Assembly: GCA_973895155.1 (NCBI GenBank)
Contig: OZ316894.1
Coordinates: 15,182,699-15,246,698 of the forward strand
Reading direction: 5' to 3'
DNA: 64,000 nt
From: Marsupella aquatica
Taxonomy: Eukaryota; Plantae; Marchantiophyta
Shown here: in pieces, positions 49,860-62,577 of the stretch
Numbering within the stretch: the first letter of the stretch is position 1
Layout: each line of letters begins with the position of its first letter
Translations under genes and position numbers: made by a program
Notes under the pieces: model-generated
What the model was told of the DNA's origin: nothing
Databases searched by the model: none
Seen by the model: only the letters and a program-made list of their open reading frames with translations

Positions 49860-51309
49860 CAATTCTGAAGATTTTGATTCGGAACCAAAATCTGTACTTT
49901 GGGATTTGTCCGTGGACACAGCCTCATCATCTACGTACTGGCTACAGGAGAAGTCATCAACATAAGGATGTTTAATGAACTTCCTGTCAACACCCCTTCG
50001 TAACCAAAGACCTTTGTTTTCCCAGCAAAGCGTCCTGGTACTCTCGGCTTTCCTTGCGGCTTTCTCTACATAGGAGGGAAGAACAAAAGGTTTTTCTGGT
50101 GTTTCTATGTTGTGTCTAGCAACCCTCCTTCACAGTTTGAAACGTCTCCTCGCATTCCGCTCTGACCTGATGAAACAAAATCCAGCACGTTAGGTGCCTT
50201 TCGCCAGAACAACACAAAAATGGTACAAATTGACGGGAATGGAGAAAGAAGCTTACGAGTTTATGAACATTACTCGGAAGAGTCATCACTATCGGTTTTG
50301 TCCACGCCTCCACGAGGCTCTTCCTTTTCCTCCTCCGAGTCCCCTGTACCTTGTTCCTCTCCACCTTCATTGGACTCATCATCAAAATCAAAATTGAGAA
50401 CCAACCGAAGCTTATCTCGCTTCTTTCTGTCGGCAGTAGGAACAGGTGGAGGTAAAACCACAATCTCTTTGGGAGACAACAAATCCATAAAAACCTTTGA
50501 AGGAGTTTCAATAAATTCTTTTCTATGTTCTATCCCGAGTACAAACCGCCCGGAGAAGTCTCTAGCAATGAAGGAGCTTCCAGCCCCAGCAGTCCAATCC
50601 ATAAAAATATCACAAGGTCGGCTGACAAGCTCGATCACAAATTGAAATAAACCCGACAGACAGGCGAGCATTTCCAGCAAACTCCATTTGCGGGAATGGA
50701 TCGGATTTGAGAGAAGGGAGTCCGATCAAATTGGTGACCAAGGGTCCTCATTGATGGAGATTGGACGGAATTTAGGGTCTTTGGAAATTTTACGTTTCCC
50801 ATTAATTCGACCAAATATGTCCAGTCTGAGGGTAAACATCTGCCGAAAGCAATCCGAAGTGTCAAATGGCAATTCCGGGTTACACAAGTTTTAACTCAAA
50901 ATGGGAAATAGTAAAGAGTAGATAATTACCTGATGGTCTGTCTTTGCCGCGTACGTGGGGACAGACATTACAACATTATGCATGCATATACATTGGAATC
51001 TTCTTGACTCCTGACAGGCAGCAATGACTTGAGACATGAGATTGTACTCCCCATTGTGTAGAATTGCAAGGAACCCATCATCTGATAAAAATGGATCCAT
51101 GGATTTGAAAAAAGATCTAGCCATGGAGTGATCTGGAATGTTCCATTTAGGAACCTTCTTATCTATGATCGCTGGTTTGAACCCGGTCAGTAGGTAAATG
51201 AAGCCCGCATCCACTCCAAACAATCTTTTTTTTCCGCCCCACACAACACTTTTCTCTTTATATCCCGACTTAACGAGATCCTTCCCCCACCTCTCCACAT
51301 TACTAACCC
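49860..51309 (-). pseudogene. Third copy of the cargo gene: MTase-like domain and C-terminus
   Basis: GVDAGFIYLLTG, DPFLSDDGFLAILH, SRPCDIFMDWTAGAGSSFIARDFSGRFVLGIE, TPEKPFVLPSYVEK, SQYVDDEA; DNA-level similarity to 24745-25130. Confidence 0.8.
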
Positions 51310-54300
51310 TGTGATGCCTAGCCAGGAATCACTGGGCTAGTTTAAGGGGAAAAGGGAAGTGTACCCTAGAAACACCTTAGTATAGTTACATAAATAAGGA
51401 AAATATAAACAATTAAGGGTGACTATGGAACCCGAGCCAAGGCCGGAAGTAAGGACGCCAGGGGAGAGAACACGATTAGGGTTAGGGCATGCTAAGTACC
51501 GGTGGCTAGGGGTAACCAACGGGAGGGAGAACCAGAGGAGGAGACGGGTAAGGACCGCTCGCGAGGAATAGTAGCTCATTTGCAAGCACGAACTGAGCAG
51601 GCGACTACGGGCGGCCAACTACTATCAACTGCTTAGGCAAGCGCTCAGGGTGGGAACAGATACCGACTATCAACTCGAGAAGGGTATGAGCAACGTCAAT
51701 CAAGGGGCACATTTTTGGGGATGCCTGTTCGAACGGGAAACTGAGTACATTGGGACTTACGAGGACAAAGAATCGGAGAGAGCAGCTCGAGAACGGCAGG
51801 AGCTCGCCCGATTGTGGGAGCTGCAGAAAGCTGCCTTCTTAGGAGGAGAACTCATCAAGGCTGAATTCCTGTGGACGCCTACTGGCAACGAGCTAGACGA
51901 CCTGCTGTTTTGCAAAGACAGAGTCGTCGGCATCCGAGAAGCCATCAAACGCTGCAACGACATACACTGGGAGTTGAAGGGTAGCACGGAGGGGTGGACA
52001 AAGGCAACCGTGCTAGGAGAGACATCCACGGCAGCCGAGATGAAGAGGAAGGGGAACAACAACAAAGAGGCCACCCCGGCAAAAAGAACGAGGTCGGCGG
52101 CACCAAAGAAGCCAACAGAACAGCAGAGCAGGAGGCAGAGAGAAGCCGAGGAGGAGGAGGTCGACCCCATCAATGCCATTCCAACAAACGATGACACCTG
52201 GAAAGGCTGGGCGGCGACCCTACCGGAGGAAGTGCAATTACACTTTGCACGGGAGGAGGATGCATGCTTTACAGCCATGCAGACCAAGAAGTACCAAGGC
52301 TTCATGGCCGGATCCGGCTTGGAAGCCTTCGTAAGATTACCATGGCTGAAGCCAGAGGTGCCAGACTCAGACTTGTTAGAATTCGTGGGATCATGGGAAC
52401 CCGAGACCAATTCCACGAGGGTGTATGGGAAGGATTTCTATCTCACTCCCCGGGTGATTGCTGAAGTGTTTGGCTTGCCGATGGGTAATAAGACCAAGGT
52501 TGATACCAAGAAGACCTTACCTGACAAGGAGTTTCGGTCGTTCCCAGGACCATCAACAAAGAATGGCTTCTTCCGGAACACCTGCACCAACCCGCACATC
52601 GGAGAGATGATCGATTTCTTGCGGGTGACCATGCAATGTAACTTGCCGAGGGCAGAGATCGGCAAGGCTCAGGTCTACCTGGCAGAAAGGCCACACCCAA
52701 GCCGGGATTACAACGGGTACCTCCTCAACCAACTGAAGAAAATCTTGAAGGAGGAACGACAGGTGATCGGCATGGGAAGCGTGTCCCGGCTTGGCTATCA
52801 CATGCCGCTGTTGTGCCGGTATGCCAGAAGTCAAATCTTTGCCCCAGTACTTCCCCTATCGGCAAGAGCACCGAAGGAGGTCCCAGAGCAGAGGCCGGCA
52901 CCAGAGAAGCCCAACCAGCCCGACAGTCCGACGATCGAGCAGGTGTTTAGACCAAGGGAAGAAGACTTGCCGATGTAGCAACCAGGCATGCAGAATCTGC
53001 TGAAATTGCTGGAGAAGGAAAGGAGACCAGTTCCGGCAACGGCAACGACAACGGCACCAATGCAGGACACTGCTCCAGCGGTAGGCCTAAGCCGGCTTAC
53101 AAGGGAAAACCCCTTTACTAGAATCAAGGAGAGAGGGAGGCCGGAACACGAGCCGGGAGTCCGGATGTATGTAGGAGCCTCAAGTCCCAAAGCCGAGGAA
53201 AAGCAGGCCGTAGGTCCCGGCCACGACAAGGAGAACAAGAGATCAACACGGAAGCCGGAGGAGGAACCAAGACTGGTGAGAGGTGAAGCCGTGTTTACAA
53301 CAAAACCAGGAGAACAGCGGGAGAAGCCGATAGTCCAAGCCGAGGAGGAGGCGGTAGAGGACTACAGCAATGATGACTCCGGCTACGGGTCGGATCATCA
53401 TGTTCCAGGAGTAAGGATCTGTGGCCGGTTCATCCCCATGCTCCCAAGAGTAGTTCGAGGAGACCCAAGCCAGCAGAGCAGCCCCGAGTCTCCCCCACCA
53501 GATGTCGCTCCCCCGAGCTTTGACGGCATAAAACAAATGGCGCAGGAATTTCAGGAGCGAATCAGGGAGGAAGAGGAGGCAGCCCTGGCTAGGGAAAAGG
53601 ATTTACCAGGAGGAGAATGGCCAGAGGACATCAGGCGGCTTGCAGAAAAACGAAGCAACCCTCTTGCCACCGTAGAAGAAATCCGCAAGACGGCTTGGGA
53701 GTAGAGGCCGCGGTGGTTGATGCCGATGACTTCTAGTTACTCCACCTATGCTAAGGATAGAACCATGGAGTACGGGGAAATGTGTGGAGAGCTGGCGCTC
53801 AGCATCTTTGGGGAGGAGTTGGAGCAAGGACCCTTTTTTTAGAGGGAGATGTTGGAGAAGCGCCAATTAGAAGAAGCGGTGGCTTTGGAAAGAAGCAAGA
53901 AGGACGAGGTCATCCGTCGGCTTAGGGCAAGGGAAGCCGAAATCAAAGACCTGAGGGCGGCCAAGAAAGCCCAAGATGAGTTGCGGATTAAGCGGCATGA
54001 GCTAAATATCATGCAGGGCCAATTGGATACCGCACAGTCTGATAATCGGATTATCGAGAATAAACTGACTCGAATCCAAGGAGAGTTGGCCGATGCGATC
54101 AAGGAGCGGGAGAAGTGGAAGCGAGAGCTGAGGGATGCAGAGGAGGCCCACATAACAGCCAACAACCGGGCCATGGCGGAGACCCAGAGAAGGGAAAGGG
54201 CATTGAAGGGGGAGCTTGAGGTTATCCGCAGAGCCCTTGAGAAGAAGGAGGCCGAGTTAGGGAAATCCTATCAAGGGATTATTGCACTGTAGCAGGAGCT

Positions 54301-56048
54301 TGCGTCCCTGACGGCCAGCTTCAAAGCCGACCTGCGTGAGAAGGACAATATGCTCGATCAGACTTACGCCAAGATGAACCAGATGGAGTCTGTCATCATT
54401 GCAGAGCTCGACAAGGAGTTAAGAGCGACCCGGGAGGAGAGAGGTGCGTTTAAAAGGGAGCTGGAGGAAGCCCAGAAGGAGCTGGAGGAGGCGCGCAAGG
54501 ACCTGGACAAAGTGCAGGAAGAGTTGGAGGAAAGCACGCGGAAGCTAGAAAACTTACAACAACGAGCCGACAACCAAGCGGAGTGGCTGAAGAAACAAGC
54601 CGTAGTATTTAAGTGCTTGGCTTCATCAGGGCCAACTCAAATTGAGGCCACTAAGTTACCAGGAGTAGTACTAGCCGAAGGACAAGCCGCGCCATTTGCA
54701 CCAGTGCCGGAAGTAAGTGGGAAGGGGAAGGGGCCAGTTGCCGAACTAGAAAAGAAGAAGAAGCGGAAACCTTAAGGGTCAGGGAGTAATACGGCTCCAC
54801 AGGCCATGGTGACCAAGGAGGTAAACCCAGCACCGACCTCAGGCAGGGTTACGGTAGAGGATCCAACTACCCTAGAAGAAGGGGATGACAAAGCCAAGGC
54901 CAGGATACTTGGTAATGAAGCCGAGGTACCCAATCCGCCACTTGAGTGTGTGGGGGAGGCCGTAGTCGAGGCTGAGACCGTAGCCGAGGTTGATGTTGAA
55001 GCCGATGCCGATGCCGGGGGTGGACCCAGTCAGGCCGATGGAGAGTTGACTCAGACAAGGGCATGTAATCTGTCAGAGAATGAACCTACGACAGTGGCTG
55101 AGGAGGAAGCGTTGGGGGCGTCCATTGAGGAATAGACACCGCTGCCATGACGGTGGTGGAGGGCCTCTCCTTTCAAGGAGGGCGGACGTGGAGGGAGGAG
55201 GCGTGAGTGGGCAGGGCGGGCTCAGATCTCTAAGTTTAGGATTAGGATCAGGAGGCGGCCCTGACACTTAGCTTAGTGGGATTGCGGTTCCACTGGTAAG
55301 AGCAACACTTGTACTCCTGCCTCGCTGTACATAGGTAGATTCAGTTAGGTAGATTAGGCTTACGCTGCAAAGAATTAGGCGGATCCACTACCAGGATAAG
55401 TACCTGGGCAGCGGGGAGCTCAGGGCCTCTTCTTTAGCAAGTTTTTAGTTGCACCAGCCGGGCTAGGATCAAGTAGTAAGAGTAGCTCTCGGTTAGTCAT
55501 ACAGTGACCCTTGTGTATATTCATGTTTCCTCATGCCTAAGAGCTGAATAGAGTTGGCCTCACGGCTTAGTTCGCAGAGCTTGTGTATGAGATGTACTAT
55601 TTGTATGGCAAGTGCATGGTATGACTCAGTCAGAAGGAGTCATTTTGCTATTTGTGTGTCGCATTAACTTGTGTGAAGAGTGCCCACATCAACTAATAGA
55701 TGAAGGAAAGTAAGCAAGGGAGTGAGAGTTGGATGTGTCGAGCTGAGAGAGGTCTTAGCGGCTTAACCAAGCCTATTGGGGATCATTCCGGCGGCGGAAT
55801 CCAAATATACCTAACAAGAAGGAGGGGAAGACAAGGGAAGGCCTAGATTAGGCCGGCTACGTATCTCATGACCCGATGAAGGATCTGTCCAGTATATGTG
55901 TGTAAAATGTTAATAGTAGTAGTAGAAGGAGGTTAGCAACGTCCCATGCCACTAAGCCGCGAAAACAGCCTTGCCAAGCGCGAAACCTGCGGGAATCGGC
56001 TTGTGAAGGGGGGTTTCTGGGGTTTAGGGAGCCATGGGACGCACCACA
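51310..56048 (+). mobile_element. Element B: 4739-bp second copy of element A
   Basis: Same termini; TSD AACCC (51305-51309 and 56049-56053). Confidence 0.92.
51425..55135 (+). pseudogene. Copy-B PMD-like/coiled-coil ORF with several in-frame stops and no frameshift
   Basis: ORFs starting at 51650, 52988, 53849, 54350 and 54806 share one frame; stops correspond to CAG/TGG/TCA/CAT in copy A. Confidence 0.75.
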
Positions 56049-56206
56049 AACCCATTCAGGTTTTTCCTCCTTGTTGAAAGTTGAGTCAAAAAATTCAAAT
56101 AGGCTTGTCTCAACCATGCAATGACAAGACACTGTAGTTTTGAAGTTTCCAACTTCATGTTGGACACCAGATGCTGCAACACTCTCCCTTGAAGAAGGTC
56201 CACCTT

Positions 56207-58471
56207 TGGTAATGGTAATGTATTATAAGCTCCGGGACCATGAAAGTCAAAGGAGCTGCCACAAAAAGTAAAGTACAATGCAATCAAAGAAAAGAGCAAC
56301 CAAAAGAGATTGCTCAGAAGAGGACAACTATGTCCTCAAAGAAACTATGGATCTAGAGAGCCCTGAAAGATTTTCCAAACCTATTCTCCTTTCCCTATCC
56401 ACCGCAAAGATATATCTTCCAAGTTGCTGAGGGGGCAGACCAAACAATGCATACAAATCTTTCACCAAGATTTGAGATGCCATCCTAACCCCCTCATAAA
56501 ACTTGCAAGCAATGAATACATGATATTCATTCTCTATACTAGAGCTATCACATAGTTGACAAACCCTCTTTTTCCTGTCAATATCCTTCCATCTCCCTTG
56601 TTCTACTTCAAGGTGGTGTGAGCTTAGTCTATACTGAGCAATAAGTTGTCTAAGTTGTACTGAGATAGTGCTAGATAAGTATTCTTGTTCTCGATATTTC
56701 TTCATGGGGTTCACATCTCTCATGTAGTATTGCTGCCGTGGGCTAGGTTCATGCCAAAGTTTGTGCAAAGCCTTTTGCTCAAGTTTTGCTCTTAGCTTGG
56801 TTGGGTGTGTTGGCCATTCATGTTCAGGAAAATCCCAAGCATGGGCCCACCTGCACACATCTGCATACCACCCTTTAGCTGAAGATGAGCGCAAGGCATG
56901 AAAAGGAAATCTGTTTTCCTCCAACTCTCTTACACGCATGATGTATTTGAGTGTGTGGAAGAGTGCCTCCACCTCCAAAGGAAACAAGCCTGCCTCTGCA
57001 AGTGTAAGTGCATATGGGGTTTGTGACTTGATCCCAAGCTCCATCTCAAGAAATAGCTTTTGCAGCCCCTCAATCTGTTGCCACCCAGATTTAGACACAC
57101 CTGCTCCCCAAATTGGTGCTCCATAAAGAATGACTGGTTTCACCAAAGCTCCAAAGAGATGTTTCCTTAACCTCCAAGTGTGTAGACCAGCTCTTTTGCA
57201 TTTGTTCATGAATGCATAAAAAGCTCTGTACCCATTGGCAGCCCTAGATTTTACACATGAGGCCCAACTCAAGTTTTGAGAGAACTCCACCCCAAGGTAT
57301 TTGTAGGTCCTCACAAATTCCACCAGATTCCCTTGGAAGTAGAGCTCTGGATTTTGTCGTGTGCCAATGCCCAAACACTTGGTCTTCTTGAGGTTGACTA
57401 CCATCCCTGTTGCTTGACAAAACTCCTCCAAGGCATTGAGATGTCTTTGCAAAGCTTCTTGAGCATGAGCAAGTAGGACCACATCATCTGCAAATATAAG
57501 AAGTTGGAGGACAAACCTACCCAATTGAGTGCCAACTCCACCATGCTCCTCCAAAATGTTGTGTAGCTGATCAATGAAGATGCCAAAGAGAGTTGGTGAG
57601 AGAGGACAACCTTGGATCACCCCAAGAGTGCTCCAGATTTCTTCAGAGGTTTCCTTTGAAAGTTTGATGCGCACTTCTTGGTACAATTTAGAAACAGCCA
57701 ACCTGAGCTCTTCAGGCACTTCCAACTCCACCATCCTATCCCAAAGCTTGGATCGGGAAACTTTGTCAAAGGCCTTGGAGAAGTCCACAAACAAGCAAAA
57801 TAATGGTTTATGTGGAGATTTGGCCTTTTCACACAACACCCTCAAGCAGAGAATGTGATCCATAGTGCTGAATTCTCTCCTAAAACCTGCTTGTGAAGGT
57901 GCCCTTTTCATCTCACTCTCCAACCAAGAGCTTAATCTGGCTTCAAGTAGTCCTCCCAAAACTTTAGCAAAAGTATTGCCTACCATGATGGTTCTGTAGT
58001 TGTGCACATCGTCCTTGTTGCCTGCCTTGAAGATAGGCACCACTCTTCTGGTCATCCAAGCTTTAGGTAAACCTAAAGCCATTGCTTGATTCAGCTCATG
58101 CACCAAGTTTGTTAGTAAAGAGGGTCCTCCCCACAAAAGAAGCTCCAAGTTCAGGCCCAACAGATCTTTAGCTTTCCCATGTTGCATGTGGGAAAGATGC
58201 ACCTTCACCTCCCTCTTTGTAAACTGAATGGTGTCCCCAAGGGGCAAAGGCATGCCACTAGCATCTGGAAAGAAATACAAGGATGTGACATAGGTTACCA
58301 GGTCCTGGTGATCCAAGGGGGGAGTAGTCTTGCCTGATTGCATTCTCTCCCAAAAACGTTTTGGATGTTTGATGAACTCCTCACATAGTGATTGTTGATG
58401 ACTCTTCAAGAAGCACCTCTTCTTGTGTTTGATGAAGTTCTTGCCATAGTGAATTACCATTACCATTACCA
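56207..58471 (-). mobile_element. 5'-truncated RTE/RTEX-like LINE with (TTACCA)n tail
   Basis: RT ORF, ~100-bp 3' UTR, and tandem-repeat tail at 56207-56220. Confidence 0.9.
56328..58453 (-). CDS. LINE reverse transcriptase with C-terminal CCHC finger (endonuclease truncated)
   Basis: VVPIFKAG, NYRTI, QAGFR, FVDFSKAFDKV, GVIQGCPLSPTLF, IFADD, YKYLG, CQLC..ENEYHVFIAC; no internal stop. Confidence 0.93.
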
Positions 58472-58871
58472 TAAGAACTTTACCCTCTTTTGAACTGTTT
58501 CCTTCACAAGGGGTTTGCAAACCCTCAAAATGTGACGGACCTCCTCGAACATGCTTAGTAGTACGAAACGAAAGAATATCATTACTTTGTTCCTTCTCCC
58601 TCGCCACATGAAATTTGTTACGTACATGCAGAGGGGTGAATTAACAACCAGAGTATCGAGTGGAGTGTCATTAGCGCCTTGTGCCACGTTAGCACGTTCC
58701 AGGAGGAAAAGGTACTCACTGATTACCGGAAATTGAATTGATGGACCTCCACTTTTGCCAGAAGTCTAGGATAGATTTTTGCCCAGGCCATCCTCACTTA
58801 AGCCAAAAGTCATTGATGGTTTCATTCACATCAAAATCTCTTGGTTTGTTGTAGAACCCTATCTCGTTCCT

Positions 58872-59005
58872 TAGCATCACAATTGCTACCAATAGAGCCA
58901 CTACACAAATATTTCAACATTCTCTCGTCCTTATGAATAGCATCACAATTGCTACCAATAGAGCCACTACACAAATATTCCAACATTCTCTCGTCCTTAT
59001 GAATA
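58872..59005. repeat. 66-bp tandem duplication
   Basis: TAGCATCACAATTGCTACC...CCTTATGAA x2. Confidence 0.9.
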
Positions 59006-59737
59006 TCTTGCTGTCCAAAACCTACATCACCAACATCCATTGATATTTGAAGACTTGTCATCTACTCCATCTAGCAGCCCAGGAATAAGAATTGGAGTAT
59101 CATGTAGTTTGAAACACTTAGGATCATTTGTGGTGCTCTTTGATATAAGATCATTCCCTCACACACTTGCTCACACAAAGTTGTTCACTTATGGTCAAAA
59201 TAACAGGAAATTTGTGTGAGTGGTGTCACCGCAAGAAATTGTTTAAAAAAAGTGGATGAGGGTGAAATTGTATCCTCCTCATGATGCAGGTCTTTGGAGT
59301 TGTTAAGGATCCCCGGCCTGGATTTGACAATAATATATTTCCTAATCCAATGGACCCAACAACCTCATGTGCATGCTATGCTACAAAAATGGTTCACTTA
59401 CACACCAAGATCAGATTCTCATGATTGTTCATTTCACCCACGCAATCTCCTTCCTCACACATCTATTAAAAGATGTTGAAATCATGTCAGGTCCTTGGCA
59501 AAAATGTGTAATGACATCTTATACATATACTGTGATCAGGGTTGTCTCCTGACTTTTCAGACAAATACGTGCAATAAACTAGGTGGAGACCACCATGTTT
59601 TAACATGAATATTCGTTGATCTAGCAGACATATATAGGGATCGTTGTGCTGCTGGATCATGGGAAAAATTCAATCATCTTCTGGATTGTATTGTCTGTGC
59701 ACTCTGCTAAATTGTACTATCTGTCTCATGCGTAGGC

Positions 59738-60290
59738 ATGGCACGCCCTAAAATCCGAGCCAAGAAGCGGGGGACAGAGGTGAGCAACACAGGTGTAGTT
59801 GGGCCAGATGGTAGTAACTTCTCCGCAAGTCAGATTTTCCAGAAGGCAGCTCATTGTTGTGCCATTTGTGACGATGGTGGTGGCTTAGCCATATGTGAGG
59901 GCCCTTGCATGAGGCATTTCCACCTCAACCCGGAGTCTGACCTTGCTGCAGAAAACAACTGTCCAGGGGTGGGCCTCCCGTCAGCACACCAGGGAGGCTG
60001 GATGTGCACTGATTGTTTGGAGAAGCAGGCTAAGTGTGCACAGTGTGGGAAGTTGGGGTCTTATGAGGGCTCTGTTGATGCTCCACCACTTGTTAGGAAA
60101 TGCCCTGACAGATATTGTGTGAGGTTCTTTTGTTTTTCATGTTTGCCCGATCTTGCCACAGCTTGCCCACTTCATAAGTGCAAGGCATGTGGTCAGCACG
60201 ATGAAGATTTCTGGGTGGACATAGTCCACTGTGTTAGGTGTCCCACCATGTGGCACTTTCATTGTTTGAGGAGCGTCAAGCAGAAGGCTA
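59738..60290 (+). CDS. EDM2/NSD-type tandem PHD-finger exon
   Basis: CAICDDGGGLAICEGPCMRHFH..WMCTDC..KCAQCGKLGS..CPLHKCKAC..CVRCPTMWHFHCL follows the EDM2 PHD pattern. Confidence 0.8.
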
Positions 60291-61000
60291 TGCTTGTGAC
60301 AGACACATCTATGATCACTCTGCACATGGTGTTGATCGATGGATCTTCTATTGTCATCGCCATGCCATAGATCCTACTTTGCACACTCCCATGAGAGATC
60401 ACATTTCTTGGCTTTGAACCTGAATAATGTACATGCATAGTGCACCTGATGTGGATACCTTGGAGATTGCGGACATTCCAATTTTGAGAAGAAGGACCTC
60501 TGTAGGAGAGGATGCTTAGGCAACAAGTACCCTAAGTTCATTACTTGTTCTTGGGTACATGCCTTCAAAAACTCCCCTTAAGCCTTCTAGGAACTTTTTT
60601 AACTCTGCAATCATTTTGATCACGACTTACATGACACTGCTTAAATTAAATCAGGACTTCTCATTATGAGCATATAAGTTACAAGGCTATTTAATTTGCG
60701 AGAATTCCCTTAAAGTGTACCAACATTTTGTATTCTCATTGAATGTCTGCCCATTTACAACATCTGTATGTGGCATCACAAAACAATTGCACTTGTCACC
60801 TTCAATATTGTGAAGGCACATATTCAAATTATGAGGTGCATGCTTGCAGGTGTCTAGTACGTTTGTCCCAATATTTCTCCCGTTTGGAATCGGAGCAGAG
60901 ACTCACCAGACGACTGGACTGGACCAAGTTATAAACGCAGCATTTTAAGGGCCCTCCGATTATCAGGTGAACGCATTATCTTCCGGTCTGCAGTGATTAG

Positions 61001-61867
61001 GTGGCCCGTGTGTACATGGCCTCTAGGAAACGTACAAAGGTTGACCACCCGCCTCTGTTGGCTGGAATCAAAGCCATTTTGATTCCTGGCCACTATGGGT
61101 TCACCCAAGTGAGTTGGCCAATCGTACAAAAACGATTCTCAGAGTTTCATGGGACTGAAGTCAAGGACATCACTCCACAGACTACACATGTTGTTGCGGG
61201 GACATGGCTGGATGTGATGAACAAGTGGTCATGGTCCTTCATTGATTCTGCCATTACCAACCAAGGTCTAAAAGTAGTTGAAGTCTCTTGGCTGACCGAT
61301 TCTGTTAAACATAGGTGTGTACAGAGTACTGAGCAATATGAGTTGTGGGAGAGTGTCAAGGAGGCCACTGCAGAGGCTTTGGCTGAAAAGGAAGCCTATG
61401 AAGCAGCGGCAGAGAAACCCAACTTTGCTTCTGTCCAATATGGACCTGTTGTCAACATAGGACACCATCCTATGCGTGCAGATGCTATATTGAATGAGCA
61501 TGGCAAGGAGAGAAATACCATTATGAAGGGGTTCAGTGTGGTATTTGCAGAAGAAGGAATTGGGGAGACTAAGTGCAGACTGTACAAGTCTATAGTTGTT
61601 GAGCTAGGTGGGACAGTGGAGGAGAGTCTAACACAAACCTCCACTCATGTTGTAGGTCTGTCATACATGAAAATATGCAGAAAATTCTTTAAGACAATAG
61701 TGTGTGATTTTGTCATGAACAACAATCTTTGGGTGCTTTCCCCTGATTGGCTTCTGGAATCAGCAGCTAGAGGGAAGCGACAGAATGCTTGGGACTTTGA
61801 TATTTTTGAGGCCTGGCCCTCCAAGATTCAGCGGAGATGTATGCTTAGCAAAGGTGGGAGAGAGTGA
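61001..61867 (+). CDS. Tandem BRCT-domain ORF (possibly spliced to the PHD exon)
   Basis: Two repeats: FHGTEV..TTHVVA..VVEVSWLTDS and LGGTVE..STHVVG..VLSPDWLLES. Confidence 0.8.
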   Translation: MARVYMASRKRTKVDHPPLLAGIKAILIPGHYGFTQVSWPIVQKRFSEFHGTEVKDITPQTTHVVAGTWLDVMNKWSWSFIDSAITNQGLKVVEVSWLTDSVKHRCVQSTEQYELWESVKEATAEALAEKEAYEAAAEKPNFASVQYGPVVNIGHHPMRADAILNEHGKERNTIMKGFSVVFAEEGIGETKCRLYKSIVVELGGTVEESLTQTSTHVVGLSYMKICRKFFKTIVCDFVMNNNLWVLSPDWLLESAARGKRQNAWDFDIFEAWPSKIQRRCMLSKGGRE

Positions 61868-62007
61868 GGAGTAGGAGTCCCTCATATTTTTGTATAAATC
61901 ACAATTTTGTAATAAATGTGATCCTTGAACTAACTCATCTTGTCATGGTTGGTCACAGTTGAAGTGATTGTTGTTTCCTGCTGCGTGGGGTGTGACTGTG
62001 AATCTAC

Positions 62008-62577
62008 TTGCTGGGCTCTGTTTGGCTGAAGACTTTGGTGGGTATGCTGCCTCTTCCAGACCGTCAGGCCCTATGTAGGGTCCTCCTACGGGTTGCATCG
62101 TGCATGGCTACTGCTTGGGCTTACTTGTGTGGATTGGTAACTAGACAGAGTGTAGCTCCATCCGAGATAATGCCTGCAGACCTTGGATGTGTTGTGAATG
62201 CTGTGGTGAATGAGGATGCACAGTCGGAAGAGGACATTTACTTTTCAGCAGATGAGTTAGACAAGCACGATGCTGTAGGTGGTTCCTTGTTGCCTGATTT
62301 GGCAGATGATATAGTTCTTACACATGTCTGGCCGAGGGTTCTTGTGGTGTCTGGTGCACAAGATATCTGCAAATATAGACTAATTAGTACCCAGTGGAGG
62401 GACTTGGTAGCAACATGTGCACCATGGAGGGCACTGCTGCCACTGCTTGTAGGCACGGATCGAAGACCACCATGGCATGAGCAGGGTTTAGACCTTGATG
62501 ACTTAATGTACATGCCTGAGTACCTCAGGGCTGAGTGGCATCGACAACAGGATTGGTATCCGTATTTGATGTGGTAG
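62008..62577 (+). CDS. F-box-like small protein
   Basis: SLLPDLADDIVLTHVWPRV..YRLISTQWRDLV resembles the plant F-box LLPGLPDD..RxVSKxW. Confidence 0.55.
   Translation: MLGSVWLKTLVGMLPLPDRQALCRVLLRVASCMATAWAYLCGLVTRQSVAPSEIMPADLGCVVNAVVNEDAQSEEDIYFSADELDKHDAVGGSLLPDLADDIVLTHVWPRVLVVSGAQDICKYRLISTQWRDLVATCAPWRALLPLLVGTDRRPPWHEQGLDLDDLMYMPEYLRAEWHRQQDWYPYLMW

Larger units (their letters stand above)
48174..58730 (-). mobile_element. MULE family-2 remnant (segments 48174-51309, 56049-56206, 58472-~58730) interrupted by element B and a LINE
   Basis: Terminus GGGGAATTTACAAACGACAGCAAA resembles the MITE and family-1 ends; the coding frame resumes across both insertions (EEKPEWV|SNVERW; VQKRVKFL|GGPSSRESVAA). 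Confidence 0.7.

Noticed and set aside
42508-56048. Elements A and B as the two LTRs of one retrotransposon
   Set aside because: Each has its own distinct TSD, and the intervening DNA is MULE or other sequence without PBS, gag or pol
58454-58607. N-terminus of the 759-aa ORF as genuine LINE protein
   Set aside because: It is read-through from flanking MULE sequence and the inverted tail repeat (VMVMV)
58899-58980. CACTACACAAA as the left TIR of the CACTA element
   Set aside because: It lies inside a 66-bp tandem duplication, has no subterminal repeats, and the partner end is outside the window
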